64,000 nucleotides of DNA from the IMG/VR virus record IMGVR_UViG_3300035676_000001; one strand, written 5' to 3'. The notes below the pieces were generated by a model that made no database searches, had not been told where the DNA came from, and saw only the letters and a program-made list of their open reading frames with translations. Source of the DNA: a virus (lineage: Duplodnaviria; Caudoviricetes). Both the position numbers and the translations under genes were made by a program. Positions 30,771 to 41,289 of this stretch are shown here, one piece after another; within the stretch, counting starts at the first letter, position 1; each line of letters opens with the position of its first letter.

Positions 30771-31581
30771 TCAGTTGATTCCTCCTCCTCTTAACATAGT
30801 CTTGATCCTCATAATACCTTATTATAGCATCTTTGTCCAGTGTTCGGATTACCTGCCAAAGATTATGATTATCCATAAACTTTGGATTATGATAATGAGA
30901 ATTAAATGTTCTACCGTGCTCAAGATGATAGACAACATCCTTAACACGACCGACTCGATATCCTAGAGCCTGAAGACGATAGTAATATTCACAATCCTCG
31001 GCACCCCAGGAAATAAAGTTCTCATTCCACATATAAGAGTCAATATAAACTTGACGCTTAATCATTTGACCCCAACCCATTACGGAGGGTTGGAGATTGC
31101 AATTAGGTTGAAGAACAGTCAAATCAAACTCAGATTTGATAAAGGCATCAAACAAAGGCACTGGATAATCAACTGCCCATTGATAGACACCACAACCATA
31201 AGGATAGACAGCATCAAAACCACCTTGAGTAATCATCTCATAGGCAGTGCGATAACTGGTTACGGGATAAACAACATCCACATCGTAATTATAAACAACC
31301 TCAGTATTTGCTGCTAGAAGCAAATCGTTCAGGATTTTAGTTTTATAAAAGAACTTATTGTCTGATTGTTCGAAAATATGTCGAATATTATCAGGAACTT
31401 TACCAAATATTTTTACTAATATGGGAACTACTCTCTCCCGAAAAATAGATTGAGTATCATTCTCCTTTATAATAATAGGACATTGTGGGAAATGATAGGA
31501 AAGATAACTGACTGAAGTAATTACATTTTTCAGTCGGTCTTCCGATTCAATCCGACAAGGCATTAAGAAACTTAAGTTCAT
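30757..31581 (-). CDS. Glycosyltransferase (GT2/GT7C-like)
   Basis: YNYDVD (DxD) and WGAED motifs. Confidence 0.75.
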   Translation of the reverse strand: MNLSFLMPCRIESEDRLKNVITSVSYLSYHFPQCPIIIKENDTQSIFRERVVPILVKIFGKVPDNIRHIFEQSDNKFFYKTKILNDLLLAANTEVVYNYDVDVVYPVTSYRTAYEMITQGGFDAVYPYGCGVYQWAVDYPVPLFDAFIKSEFDLTVLQPNCNLQPSVMGWGQMIKRQVYIDSYMWNENFISWGAEDCEYYYRLQALGYRVGRVKDVVYHLEHGRTFNSHYHNPKFMDNHNLWQVIRTLDKDAIIRYYEDQDYVKRRRNQLNASV

Positions 31582-32426
31582 AGTTCAACCTCAACCCAAG
31601 ATTCAGGAAGAAGGTCACCCATATAATAATCATTATATTGAGGACCAAACCAAGGCTTAGGAGCAATAATAGGTTGTACTGGATTACGAATTAACCAGGC
31701 ACCCCACCAACTCATAGAACTATTCGCAATGATACCTCCAGAACAAAGAGACATCATACACAAATCAAAATATGGAATCAAAGAATTTTGTCTCCCATCA
31801 TTCGTATCACAAGTCTGAGGATATTTTTCTTGATACTCAGACATCATAAAGCGGTCATCAGAGAATAGTTCTTGCTCTTTACACCACTCAATATCGTCAG
31901 AGAAAACAAGAACGGGAGAAGTGCTGTTGAAATATTCTAATGCCTTTTGATAATACTCAATCGAACATACTGGATGTGCGTTTTGACTATTCACATAATC
32001 ACCACGACGAACATGAAGAAAAATTGGATTGTCCAGTTCAGATACAATCTCTTTACAAGGATTCAAAACCTCTTTCTTAAAGGTAAAGTCTTTACGAATA
32101 GTATTACTTACATTCAAAAAGTATTTCTCAGACTGAAAGTAATCGTGAAGATTTACATTGTCGGGACATTTATCAAAGAACTCTTGACTGAAATGAAATT
32201 GTCCAGTTTGAATACTCTGAGCATTTAAATACCCAAAGTTCTTTTCCTTGACTGAACTCATTTCAAAACAATCGAAGAGTCCATAGTTGGAATCCCCATA
32301 ACTTTCTGGACGAGGAATTACCCAATCAAATCCACGATTGGCGGCAATTCCACGAAGACCAGCATACTGAAACATTTGGTTCCCTAAACGACCATTGGAA
32401 CCTAGCCGATTATAACTTATAGTCAT
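31578..32426 (-). CDS. Alpha-1,2-fucosyltransferase (GT11)
   Basis: GRLGNQMFQYAG...FLHVRRGDY...IANSSMSWWGAWL. Confidence 0.9.
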   Translation of the reverse strand: MTISYNRLGSNGRLGNQMFQYAGLRGIAANRGFDWVIPRPESYGDSNYGLFDCFEMSSVKEKNFGYLNAQSIQTGQFHFSQEFFDKCPDNVNLHDYFQSEKYFLNVSNTIRKDFTFKKEVLNPCKEIVSELDNPIFLHVRRGDYVNSQNAHPVCSIEYYQKALEYFNSTSPVLVFSDDIEWCKEQELFSDDRFMMSEYQEKYPQTCDTNDGRQNSLIPYFDLCMMSLCSGGIIANSSMSWWGAWLIRNPVQPIIAPKPWFGPQYNDYYMGDLLPESWVEVEL

Positions 32427-33229
32427 TTGTTAAAATAATTCAGATAGATAAAGTCTTCAAGAATCTCATATTGTTTTACTCTCTCAAGATTGTCTTTGAC
32501 TGCATCGATTTTACTAAAGTAGATTTCTTCAGATACATCAAACTCTTCACTCAAGTCAATAATTCCATCCTTGTTGAAGTATTTACCAATATCAGGAGAA
32601 CCCATATAAACTGGAATAGTACCAGTAGCAAAACAATCAAGAATCTTCTCTGTAAAATATGATTCGTAGAATCCATTTTCAATAACTACAGAAAACATGT
32701 AATCACACAAACCTTCTTCCTTCAGGGCAATCTCATTGAATCCACGACCATAAAGATCAATTTGGTCTCCAATCATTTCAACCCAACGAAGACGAAGACG
32801 CTGCCCTTCAGTCATTGTCTTATTTGATGAAATCATAGAAATCATCTTTGTCTTCTCATAAATCTCTGGTTCTTGAATCCAAAACCCTTGAGCGGGGCAC
32901 CACTTGAACTTAGAGTCAAGAGTAAGTAATTCTTGACTATGAGTAAAAATAGTTTCAAAAGTATCAAGATATTGTTGGAGGTTTCTTTTCACATCTTCAA
33001 CAATACCAGGTTTAATATATTTGGATTCCAAAATCCAAGCATACTTTTTTCCTTCAATATTATCAGTGAAAGCACGAGCAATCGTATCATCAACATAAAA
33101 GGTTTCACCAATAGAATTATCGTGAATCCATTCAATATATTTTGATTCCTTTCCGTGTACAGAATACCCCTTATTTCCTCCAGTGAGGTGAGTGAAGGTA
33201 TCTCCAACTAAATTGAACTTTTTTTTCAT
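32423..33229 (-). CDS. GT10-like fucosyltransferase
   Basis: YMFSVVIEN...YFTEKILDCFATGTIPVYMG. Confidence 0.7.
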   Translation of the reverse strand: MKKKFNLVGDTFTHLTGGNKGYSVHGKESKYIEWIHDNSIGETFYVDDTIARAFTDNIEGKKYAWILESKYIKPGIVEDVKRNLQQYLDTFETIFTHSQELLTLDSKFKWCPAQGFWIQEPEIYEKTKMISMISSNKTMTEGQRLRLRWVEMIGDQIDLYGRGFNEIALKEEGLCDYMFSVVIENGFYESYFTEKILDCFATGTIPVYMGSPDIGKYFNKDGIIDLSEEFDVSEEIYFSKIDAVKDNLERVKQYEILEDFIYLNYFNK

Positions 33230-33268
33230 AGGTGATATAATATATAAATCTGATGTTGAATTAAAAAA

Positions 33269-33949
33269 ATGCGAGTCATATCCTTTTCATTATACGGCAA
33301 TAATCCAAAATACACAATAGGTGCGATCAGAAACTCAGAATTAAAACAATTATTCTTTCCCGATTGGGAAATGAGAGTTTATCACAATGACTCCGTACCA
33401 AATTATGTATTAGATGAACTGGATGGAAAAGGAGTTGTTCTAGTTAATACCGGAGTTGATCAGGGAGTATGCAACGCTATGTGGCGTTTTGCTCCAGCAT
33501 CAGAAAAAGTAGAATGCTTCATTTCAAGAGATTGTGATTCCCGTCTCTCTGAGCGCGATGCTGTAGCAGTAGAAGAATGGTTAGAATCTGGAAAATGTTT
33601 TCATATTATTCGGGACCATCCTGGTGGTCACGCTTGGGAAATTAATGCTGGTATGTGGGGAGCAAGAGGATGTTTTGTCGAAAATATTCAGGAGAAAATT
33701 GATGAATACATCAGAACCAGTTCTTGGGTAACAGATAGAGCAGTGGATCAAAGATTCTTACAAGAAATCATTTATCCTAGAGCTCTTGAGAGTTTATTCC
33801 TTCACGATGAATATTTTAATTATGAAGGTATTGGTGTCGCTATTAAGAGAGACCGCCAATTAGATGACTTTGCTTTTATTGGAGAACCTTTTGACGAAAA
33901 TGATAATCAGTTAGAAGATCACAGAGCGATGATTATTCAAAGATATTGA
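33269..33949 (+). CDS. Conserved glycosyltransferase-like hypothetical protein
   Basis: ISFSLYGNNPKY...WRF...ISRDCDSR. Only plus-strand gene in the island. Confidence 0.75.
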   Translation: MRVISFSLYGNNPKYTIGAIRNSELKQLFFPDWEMRVYHNDSVPNYVLDELDGKGVVLVNTGVDQGVCNAMWRFAPASEKVECFISRDCDSRLSERDAVAVEEWLESGKCFHIIRDHPGGHAWEINAGMWGARGCFVENIQEKIDEYIRTSSWVTDRAVDQRFLQEIIYPRALESLFLHDEYFNYEGIGVAIKRDRQLDDFAFIGEPFDENDNQLEDHRAMIIQRY

Positions 33950-34647
33950 AGACTTTCTGGAAGAATCTTCTGCTTATAGAGTGAAAGATTCTTCTCATAG
34001 ATTGCTTGATCTTCAGGATAAGGTGTTGCTACCTTATCTGCTGGAAGAGAACAAACTTTAATGTGTCTAAGGTCTTTTACCTTATACCCAAAGGACCAAG
34101 CACGATACGCCATATCAGCATCAGCATAATAGTATCGATAATCGGGATTGTACATTCCAATCTCTCTGAAAATCTTTTTGCGATAGAGACCATAATTCAT
34201 TACAATCTCTCCACCAGAATCAGCAATATTACACAAACACCAACCTTCCGTATGGTCTCTTCCTTTTAACCAATCCGGATTTTTAGTGTCTTCATAAGTT
34301 CCATACTTCCAATTAAAAAGATAAAAGTCGTGATTTGATTGAAGTTCTAGAAATACTTCAGACCAATCATTACACAAAAATACATCATCGTTCCACTGAC
34401 AAATAACTTCGTGAGTTGCTTCTTGAATGCCCAGATTCATAAAGTGGGGATAAGAGCTACGACCACCAACCTCAATTAGTTTAATTCTAGGATGATTTAC
34501 ATCTTTAATAAGAGAGATAGTTCCATCAGTACTTCCACCATCAACCAATACAAGTTCCAATCTTTCATCAGCAAGAACAGTATTTGCGATTAAAGTCGGA
34601 AGCATTCCTGCACGATTTAAAGTACCAGTTACAATACTAATCATCAC
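33937..34647 (-). CDS. Glycosyltransferase family 2
   Basis: ISIVTGTLNR...LVDGGSTDGT...QWNDD. Confidence 0.85.
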   Translation of the reverse strand: MMISIVTGTLNRAGMLPTLIANTVLADERLELVLVDGGSTDGTISLIKDVNHPRIKLIEVGGRSSYPHFMNLGIQEATHEVICQWNDDVFLCNDWSEVFLELQSNHDFYLFNWKYGTYEDTKNPDWLKGRDHTEGWCLCNIADSGGEIVMNYGLYRKKIFREIGMYNPDYRYYYADADMAYRAWSFGYKVKDLRHIKVCSLPADKVATPYPEDQAIYEKNLSLYKQKILPESLQYL

Positions 34648-35321
34648 TCTACCTCAATAAATGAGTTCAGACCAGATGAATTCATTTCTGGTCCATAATT
34701 TCTTACATAGTTATGTTGATAAAGAACTGGTTTATCTAACTTATAAGAACAGATTAATTCTTTGAATGAAGACTGCATAAAATGAACTTCTTCTGCATTT
34801 TCAATCAGAGTCAGATAATCAAAAACATTAAATTGCTTATCGTTCATAATAATCTTATGCTCTGTTTGAATCTTACTCATATCAATTGAAAATCCACGAG
34901 CGGCATCATCGTGAACAAATACATAAGACTCACCATTTGGATTCAAGGTCTTCATTACCTCTTGCTCTTTTTCTAAATCTCTTTGAAGATAGAACTCATC
35001 AAATCGCACAGAAAAATCAAGTCCAGCAAGTTTGTAGAATGCCTTATCAAAAGGAAGTTCAGGCATCACACCACTCAAATCACTGAAACCAATTTTGATA
35101 CAATCCAGATTATTATTTGAAATGTATTGGTCTGCCTGAGGGTCACTTTCAATACCAATGACTTGAAACTTTTCTAAGTCACGATACATATACTGCACAT
35201 TTTTTACATTATGCTTATAGGCAAATAAAGTCAATGCACCATATTCATTGTAAAAATGACGCACCATACCATTATTAATGATATGGTCCCCAAGACCTAA
35301 GTGGTGATAAATGTATTTCAT
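34644..35321 (-). CDS. Glycosyltransferase-like hypothetical protein
   Basis: HHLGLGDHII start typical of GT-B-like island genes. Confidence 0.6.
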   Translation of the reverse strand: MKYIYHHLGLGDHIINNGMVRHFYNEYGALTLFAYKHNVKNVQYMYRDLEKFQVIGIESDPQADQYISNNNLDCIKIGFSDLSGVMPELPFDKAFYKLAGLDFSVRFDEFYLQRDLEKEQEVMKTLNPNGESYVFVHDDAARGFSIDMSKIQTEHKIIMNDKQFNVFDYLTLIENAEEVHFMQSSFKELICSYKLDKPVLYQHNYVRNYGPEMNSSGLNSFIEVE

Positions 35322-36088
35322 TGATTCAAATTCATTATTGTTTTAAAATCATTTGCTCCTAATATTAGCGCAAGGAAGCTAACATTTGAGAAACTATACA
35401 AAAAGTGACTACACCTTGAAAGAATATAAACGCTCGATAATACTTCTTCATTTATTCGGTCCCTATCTGGTAAATTATGTAATGGGGTATCATCAGAACT
35501 GATTAAAAGTGACTTATCATATACAAGCAAGTCACCATATTTTTCGCTAAGTGAATTCAAGTATTTGATATCATCGGTCGCTAAAAATATATTTTGAACA
35601 TCTGTCGTTTCAAAGTAATAATCAATCTTTTTAATTATATTATCTATACTTGGTTCAGGTATCTCATTTTTCTTATCGGTTCCACGAATCTGAACTGCAA
35701 GAGTTTTATCAGTAACATTGAGTTGTGAATATTTTTCTTCAAACTTTTTAAGTTTATCGGGTTTGATTTTTAAAATAGAGTTTAATACTTTGTTTTTAAG
35801 TTTTATATCTTCAAGGTTTGCAATCGTATGAGCATTATATTTTGAATGGTGAAGTTGATGTTGAAAGAATCTATCTAACCACCAAGACCCCGAATCATAT
35901 TCATTATCACCATCCTCATAAACATTATCAAATAGTTTAAGAGTTTGTGATTCAAAAACAGAACAGTTTAAATTATCATAAACTTCATAATGTTCAAGTG
36001 CTATATCAATTATAGCACAGACAATCGAACAGAATCCTTTATAAGAGTAATTAAATCTTGAATCTTTGAGTGTGATGCAAGCATTCAT
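35318..36088 (-). CDS. NodZ/O-fucosyltransferase-like (GT23-like)
   Basis: AVQIRGTDK...IFLATDD...LSRCSHFLYSFSNVS. Confidence 0.7.
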   Translation of the reverse strand: MNACITLKDSRFNYSYKGFCSIVCAIIDIALEHYEVYDNLNCSVFESQTLKLFDNVYEDGDNEYDSGSWWLDRFFQHQLHHSKYNAHTIANLEDIKLKNKVLNSILKIKPDKLKKFEEKYSQLNVTDKTLAVQIRGTDKKNEIPEPSIDNIIKKIDYYFETTDVQNIFLATDDIKYLNSLSEKYGDLLVYDKSLLISSDDTPLHNLPDRDRINEEVLSSVYILSRCSHFLYSFSNVSFLALILGANDFKTIMNLNQ

Positions 36089-36426
36089 AGTCCTTTATCT
36101 CTGATTAAATTATAGGCATATGCGGTTTTAAGACCACTTGGTTTCTCATCATTGAATAATATTCTTTCACCTATAGGTAAATCATAAATGATATAATCAA
36201 AACGAATTTTATTTTGAATTAGAAACTCCTCAGTCTCTTGCTTAGATTCAGAAGAGCGGGCAGTCAAAATAATAATTTTGTCGTCTTCCGAAATAGTGTT
36301 AAAGAACTCAATAACTCCTGGTAACAATACATCACCACCATTCTTATATCCATTATGTTTGACTAGTGTTCCATCCAAATCAAACAACCAAGTTTTGGTT
36401 AAATCAGAGTAATTGCTTCTGTCCAT
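36085..36426 (-). CDS. HAD-superfamily phosphatase
   Basis: FDLDGT motif I, ILTAR motif II. Confidence 0.8.
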   Translation of the reverse strand: MDRSNYSDLTKTWLFDLDGTLVKHNGYKNGGDVLLPGVIEFFNTISEDDKIIILTARSSESKQETEEFLIQNKIRFDYIIYDLPIGERILFNDEKPSGLKTAYAYNLIRDKGL

Positions 36427-37922
36427 AATTCACAACCTTTGTAGAATGAGTATAATACTGCGTCAATATCTTCCTTCACATAACCAGACAGAGAGAACCA
36501 AATACTTGCATGAATAAGATTCATTTCAACTTCAGTCATTTTTGACCTTTGAAGAATGTACTTACCAAGATGTTGATATCCATTGGATTTGATTTCCAAC
36601 TTAATGCCTTGAGTTCGGTCTACACTAAACTCCTTGGAGTTTATTCTATCATAGTTTCCTACTGCAGAATAGTATAACTTAGCCCAATCATATCTTGGGT
36701 CACCGTAAATATTAGAACCACCAAAAGTTCCTCTTGGGTCGATAAACCAGATTTGATTTTTATCATCAACTATAGTATTACTAAAGGTACAGTCTCCGTG
36801 AATGATTGTATATTTGATATCTTTAAGTATATGTTTCTCCATAATCTCTTCAAAACTTCTCATATCACAAAAAGGATTGCGACAAGACTTTCCATTAATT
36901 TGAAGAACTGGTTTTGAAAAATCTTCAATAATATGACGAACCTGCATTACCCTCTGATAGGGTTTAAACATATAAGTATCGGCACAATCATAATCACTAA
37001 GTGGTTCGCAACCATTGATAGAATGTAATTGTTGAAGAGCATCACAATAGTTTTCAATCACCCAATCTTTATTTGTTTTTACATTCCAAGCGTGGTTTCC
37101 TTCAACCTTAGACATCACCAAAGGTTCGGTAGAATAAATCTTAGGTATTCTGTAGAAATCATCCTTCACATAAGCATACCAATTCTTTTCTGCTTGATGA
37201 ACTTTATCATATTTGGAATCGATGCATCTCTTATAAACTTTATCTCCTTCAATCTTAACTTCATTAAAGAAACGATGATTAACTGCTTGACTGAGAAGTT
37301 CTTCATACTTTTCTATTGTACCAACCTCAAAGCAATTATGATTGGTAAAAGAAGTAATCTCGTAAGGTAGATAATTATCAGACAAAAATCCCCTCACTAA
37401 GGACTTATCAGTTTTTAAATCTACAAATCTTTCTTTATTTTTAAAGGCAAAGAATCCAGAAACTCCCTTTTCTTGAGAAGGAATATTTTTGAATGTACCA
37501 TTCTCTAGGGACCAACGACAATCAAAGTTTCCAGCCAGACCCACCAACATTTCAGTATCAAACTCAAACTCCTGCTCCTTCTCAAAGAACAAATCAGACC
37601 AGGTGACGATAAATGGTTCACCATCTGGAACATTTTGAAGTGCTGCTTGAATACCTGCACCCGTACCATCTTCGTCTGTCTGAAGAAGAATGTAATTATC
37701 AAAACTAGTAATCTCACAAATATAATGCAGAAGCATCTTAAAGTGAGCATCTCCTATAATAATTACAGTCTTATCTCGATAGATATCCAGAGTCTGCTCA
37801 ATCATGGGTCGTCCCTTAACTGGAACTAAACACTTTGGACGATTGAGTGTATATTTTCCAAGGCGAGTACCTTTACCACCAGCTTGGACAATCACATACT
37901 TAATGTCTTTATGAGTAATCAT
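36399..37922 (-). CDS. Nucleotidyltransferase fused to APH/choline-kinase-like domain
   Basis: QAGGKGTRL...PKCL N-terminus, IHGDCTFSN...FIDPRG C-terminus. Confidence 0.85.
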   Translation of the reverse strand: MITHKDIKYVIVQAGGKGTRLGKYTLNRPKCLVPVKGRPMIEQTLDIYRDKTVIIIGDAHFKMLLHYICEITSFDNYILLQTDEDGTGAGIQAALQNVPDGEPFIVTWSDLFFEKEQEFEFDTEMLVGLAGNFDCRWSLENGTFKNIPSQEKGVSGFFAFKNKERFVDLKTDKSLVRGFLSDNYLPYEITSFTNHNCFEVGTIEKYEELLSQAVNHRFFNEVKIEGDKVYKRCIDSKYDKVHQAEKNWYAYVKDDFYRIPKIYSTEPLVMSKVEGNHAWNVKTNKDWVIENYCDALQQLHSINGCEPLSDYDCADTYMFKPYQRVMQVRHIIEDFSKPVLQINGKSCRNPFCDMRSFEEIMEKHILKDIKYTIIHGDCTFSNTIVDDKNQIWFIDPRGTFGGSNIYGDPRYDWAKLYYSAVGNYDRINSKEFSVDRTQGIKLEIKSNGYQHLGKYILQRSKMTEVEMNLIHASIWFSLSGYVKEDIDAVLYSFYKGCELWTEAITLI

Positions 37923-38494
37923 ATAATTGTCTTTCCGATACTACCGCCTGGGTGATTGCGAACAAACTCTTGAAGTGTAAGATTTTTTTGTCTTGCTATC
38001 TCACAAGCAATCGATTGAAGAAATATTGTAAAGATAGCAATTGAAGAAGTTGGAACAATATTTAAATGATCCGCTTCTTTACTTACATGAAGGTTAATAT
38101 CCAGATAAGAATACTTTTGAGATTGATTTCCGCTGTTAGAATGAATGGAAACAATCTTACAATTCTTATGATTAACATGATGTAAGAAATTAATTAACTC
38201 ATCGGTGTTTCCACTTTTAGATACAGCAATTAGGAGGTCATTCTCATCAATGACTCCCATATCTCCATGAACGCTATCTACAGCATCAATAAAGAAGCAA
38301 GGAACTCCAATTGAAGACATTGTAGAAGTTGCCTTAGCAGCAACATGTCCATTTTTACCGATACCAGTAAAAAGAACTTTACCTTTACAATTTAAGATTA
38401 GATTTACAAGTTCTTCTACTTTATCTTCCTCTAAGTGGTCAAAGGAATCTACAATTGCTTCAATATGAGATTTATAAAAATTACTTACCGACAT
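37919..38494 (-). CDS. SIS-domain sugar-phosphate isomerase, KpsF/GutQ-like, no CBS domains
   Basis: TGIGKNGHVA...HGDMG...SKSGNT...HPGGSIG. Confidence 0.85.
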   Translation of the reverse strand: MSVSNFYKSHIEAIVDSFDHLEEDKVEELVNLILNCKGKVLFTGIGKNGHVAAKATSTMSSIGVPCFFIDAVDSVHGDMGVIDENDLLIAVSKSGNTDELINFLHHVNHKNCKIVSIHSNSGNQSQKYSYLDINLHVSKEADHLNIVPTSSIAIFTIFLQSIACEIARQKNLTLQEFVRNHPGGSIGKTII

Positions 38495-39416
38495 TCTCTT
38501 TATACCACTTATAAGTTTCCTCAATACCTTCGCGGAGACCAATCTTTGGTTCCCATCCCAGAGATTTAATTTTATCTACATTCAGAACTTTTCGTGGAGT
38601 ACCATTTGGTTTTGTAGTGTCCCAATTAATATTACGAGTATATCCAGTAACATCAGCAATGGTTTCTGCAAGTTCCTTAATCGTCACATCCTCACCAGTA
38701 CCGACATTGATATGTTCTGCTTCATTATAGACCTGCATACAAGTATAACACGCCTCTGCAAGGTCATCAACATGCAAAAACTCTCTCATCGCAGATCCAT
38801 CGCCCCAGAGTTTAACCTCATAATACTCACTATGATTAAGAGTACCGTAAAACTTGGCAATCATAGCAGGGAGAACATGTGATGTTTCCAAATCAAAATT
38901 GTCGTTAGGACCATAAAGATTTGTAGGCATCAAAGATATTGCATTAAATCCATACTGTTGACGATATGCCTGACACAACATAATCCCAGCAATCTTTGCA
39001 ATCGCATAAGCATCATTTGTTGGTTCCAGAGGACCTGTCATCAACTGGTCTTCGGTGATAGGTTGAGTTGCAAACTTAGGATAGATGCAGGAAGAACCAA
39101 GAAACAGGAGTTTCTTCACACCAAAATTATAAGACTGTTGAATGATGTTCGTTTGGATTTGAAGATTCTCAGTGAGAAACTCTGCCTTGTAGTTACTGTT
39201 TGCCATAATACCACCAACTTTAGCAGCAGCAACAAAAACATACTCAGGTTCTTCTGAGCAAAAATATCTTTCTACTTCTTCCTGATTTGTAAAATCTACA
39301 TCTTGACGAGTTCCTTTAATGATATTTGTATATCCTTTCTCTTCAAGATTTCTAACAATTGCTGAACCAACCATTCCGTTAGCACCAGCAACTAATACTC
39401 TAGAATCACTGTCCAT
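38481..39416 (-). CDS. fcl: GDP-L-fucose synthase
   Basis: GANGMVGSA...[10 protein letters not shown]...YAIAK...[12 protein letters not shown]. Confidence 0.95.
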   Translation of the reverse strand: MDSDSRVLVAGANGMVGSAIVRNLEEKGYTNIIKGTRQDVDFTNQEEVERYFCSEEPEYVFVAAAKVGGIMANSNYKAEFLTENLQIQTNIIQQSYNFGVKKLLFLGSSCIYPKFATQPITEDQLMTGPLEPTNDAYAIAKIAGIMLCQAYRQQYGFNAISLMPTNLYGPNDNFDLETSHVLPAMIAKFYGTLNHSEYYEVKLWGDGSAMREFLHVDDLAEACYTCMQVYNEAEHINVGTGEDVTIKELAETIADVTGYTRNINWDTTKPNGTPRKVLNVDKIKSLGWEPKIGLREGIEETYKWYKENVGK

Positions 39417-40407
39417 AAATGCACATATCCTCAACTAATTGTTTAAAAGAAGTCTTAGGTTCCCAACCTAGTTTTTCCTTTGCCTTAGTGGCATCACCTA
39501 ATAAAGTCTCTACTTCAGCAGGTCGAAAATATTTAGGGTTTACCTTAATAACGGTTCTACCAGTATTTTTATCAATACCAATCTCATCTAGCCCTTCACC
39601 TTCCCATACAATATTCATATTAAAATAAGGTGCTGCTTCCTCTACAAACTCACGAACAGAATACTGAACACCAGTAGCAATTACATAATCTTCTGGTTCG
39701 TCTTGTTGAAGCATCAACCACATTGCTTCTACAAAGTCTTTGGCGTGTCCCCAATCACGCTTTGCATTTAGATTACCAAGCTCAAGAACATCTTGAAGAC
39801 CACAAGAAATGCGTGAAAGACCTCTTGTAATTTTGCGAGTTACAAAAGTTTCTCCTCGTCTTGGAGATTCATGATTAAACAGAATACCTGTGCAAGCATA
39901 CATTCCATAGGATTCACGATAGTTCTTTGTAATCCAATAACCATAAATCTTTGCTACACCATAAGGAGAACGGGGATAAAAAGGAGTAGTTTCACGCTGA
40001 GGAATTTCTTGAACCAAACCATAAAGTTCGCTAGTAGACGCCTGGTAGATGCGTACACGGTCTTCCAGACCCAAGAGACGCACTGCTTCAAGAACACGAA
40101 GAGTTCCCACAGCATCGACATCAGCAGTGTATTCAGGCATCTCAAAGGATACCTTAACATGACTTTGAGCACCAAGATTATAAATTTCATCTGGTTGGAC
40201 TTTTTGTATAACTCTGACTATATTAGTCGAGTCTGTTAAATCTCCGTAATGTAACTTAATATTTTGATACAAATGGTCAATTCTATCAGTATTAATTGAT
40301 GAAGAGCGACGAATAATGCCGTGAACTTCATAACCTTTTTCTAAAAGAAGTTCAGCAAGATAAGAACCATCTTGACCCGTAATACCAGTAATTAGTGCTC
40401 TTTTCAT
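39406..40407 (-). CDS. gmd: GDP-mannose 4,6-dehydratase
   Basis: [14 protein letters not shown]...QASTSE...PRSPYGVAK. Confidence 0.97.
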   Translation of the reverse strand: MKRALITGITGQDGSYLAELLLEKGYEVHGIIRRSSSINTDRIDHLYQNIKLHYGDLTDSTNIVRVIQKVQPDEIYNLGAQSHVKVSFEMPEYTADVDAVGTLRVLEAVRLLGLEDRVRIYQASTSELYGLVQEIPQRETTPFYPRSPYGVAKIYGYWITKNYRESYGMYACTGILFNHESPRRGETFVTRKITRGLSRISCGLQDVLELGNLNAKRDWGHAKDFVEAMWLMLQQDEPEDYVIATGVQYSVREFVEEAAPYFNMNIVWEGEGLDEIGIDKNTGRTVIKVNPKYFRPAEVETLLGDATKAKEKLGWEPKTSFKQLVEDMCIYGQ

Positions 40408-41228
40408 ACTTCGCAATTTGTAAAATCAATTTGACCATTTCTAGTAGCCCAGATTGGATACTCTCTACCATAAGTATTCCAGACTCTCGCTTGTTCTGAC
40501 CCTACAGGAACACCAGATAATCCAGCAGAATTCCAGATAGTTTCATAAGTATCATCTTCGTGAAATGTAAAGTCGTAACTTTCAGAATAAATTTTAAGAA
40601 TAAGAGAGAGAATAGATTGATCGTGCCTATTCTCTCTAAAGATAGAATCGTTAGGAAGTTCTGAAGGACTATCATCTAAGTAATGCCCATCATCTTCCAG
40701 ACAAATATTTTTCCATTTATCAACAATTTCTCTCATCAAAGAGTTATTCTTTATAAGAAAGATACCAGAAATAATCTGCCTGGTCATCAAATACTCATCG
40801 TTTTCGTCAATAATTCTACGATAGGTATCCATCTTTGTCCATTGGATTTCAGGAAGATCCAATGTAAAAAACACGCCGTTATTATCCAAACACTCCTGAT
40901 AATATTGTTGAAGTTTTTCTAATCCGTTCTTGTTAAGTTCGCATCCAGAATCGACATAAAGAAGGACATCATCTTCAGGAATATTGGAAAGTGCCTTACC
41001 AACAAAATAAGACTTAGCAGCATAATATCCATAATACTTGCTAGGCATTCCCACACGAGGAATCATTAGAAGCTTAGCGTGTTCTTCCCAAAATTCAGTT
41101 CCTTCTAAATCACTTTCACCGAACTCTTGAATAGATTTGAATACTCCAAAATTCTCTGCTTGTTTGCGTATCCTATTCTTACCAATAGAGAAGTTATTAT
41201 CTCCAAAATAAGTCAAGTGTATATTCAT
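40404..41228 (-). CDS. Glycosyltransferase-like hypothetical protein
   Basis: LLYVDSGC and RHDQSILS motifs. First gene of island. Confidence 0.6.
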   Translation of the reverse strand: MNIHLTYFGDNNFSIGKNRIRKQAENFGVFKSIQEFGESDLEGTEFWEEHAKLLMIPRVGMPSKYYGYYAAKSYFVGKALSNIPEDDVLLYVDSGCELNKNGLEKLQQYYQECLDNNGVFFTLDLPEIQWTKMDTYRRIIDENDEYLMTRQIISGIFLIKNNSLMREIVDKWKNICLEDDGHYLDDSPSELPNDSIFRENRHDQSILSLILKIYSESYDFTFHEDDTYETIWNSAGLSGVPVGSEQARVWNTYGREYPIWATRNGQIDFTNCEV

Positions 41229-41250
41229 ACAATTAATTTAATATCAAGTC

Positions 41251-41285
41251 ATTATACCAAAAAAGGAGAGTTTATGCAACTCTCC
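41251..41285 (-). promoter_or_regulatory. Terminator fused with sigma70 promoter for glycosylation island
   Basis: GGAGAGTT/AACTCTCC + T6 overlapping TTGCAT-17-TATAAT. Confidence 0.75.
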
Positions 41286-41289
41286 CATC

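Noticed and set aside
33229-33949. Recombinase-invertible segment
   Set aside because: No flanking inverted repeats or invertase seen. The overlap with the GT2 stop argues for a fixed arrangement.
36085-38494. Complete Kdo biosynthesis pathway
   Set aside because: kdsA and kdsB not in window, and the NTase-kinase fusion is not a Kdo enzyme. Cannot exclude genes elsewhere in the genome.
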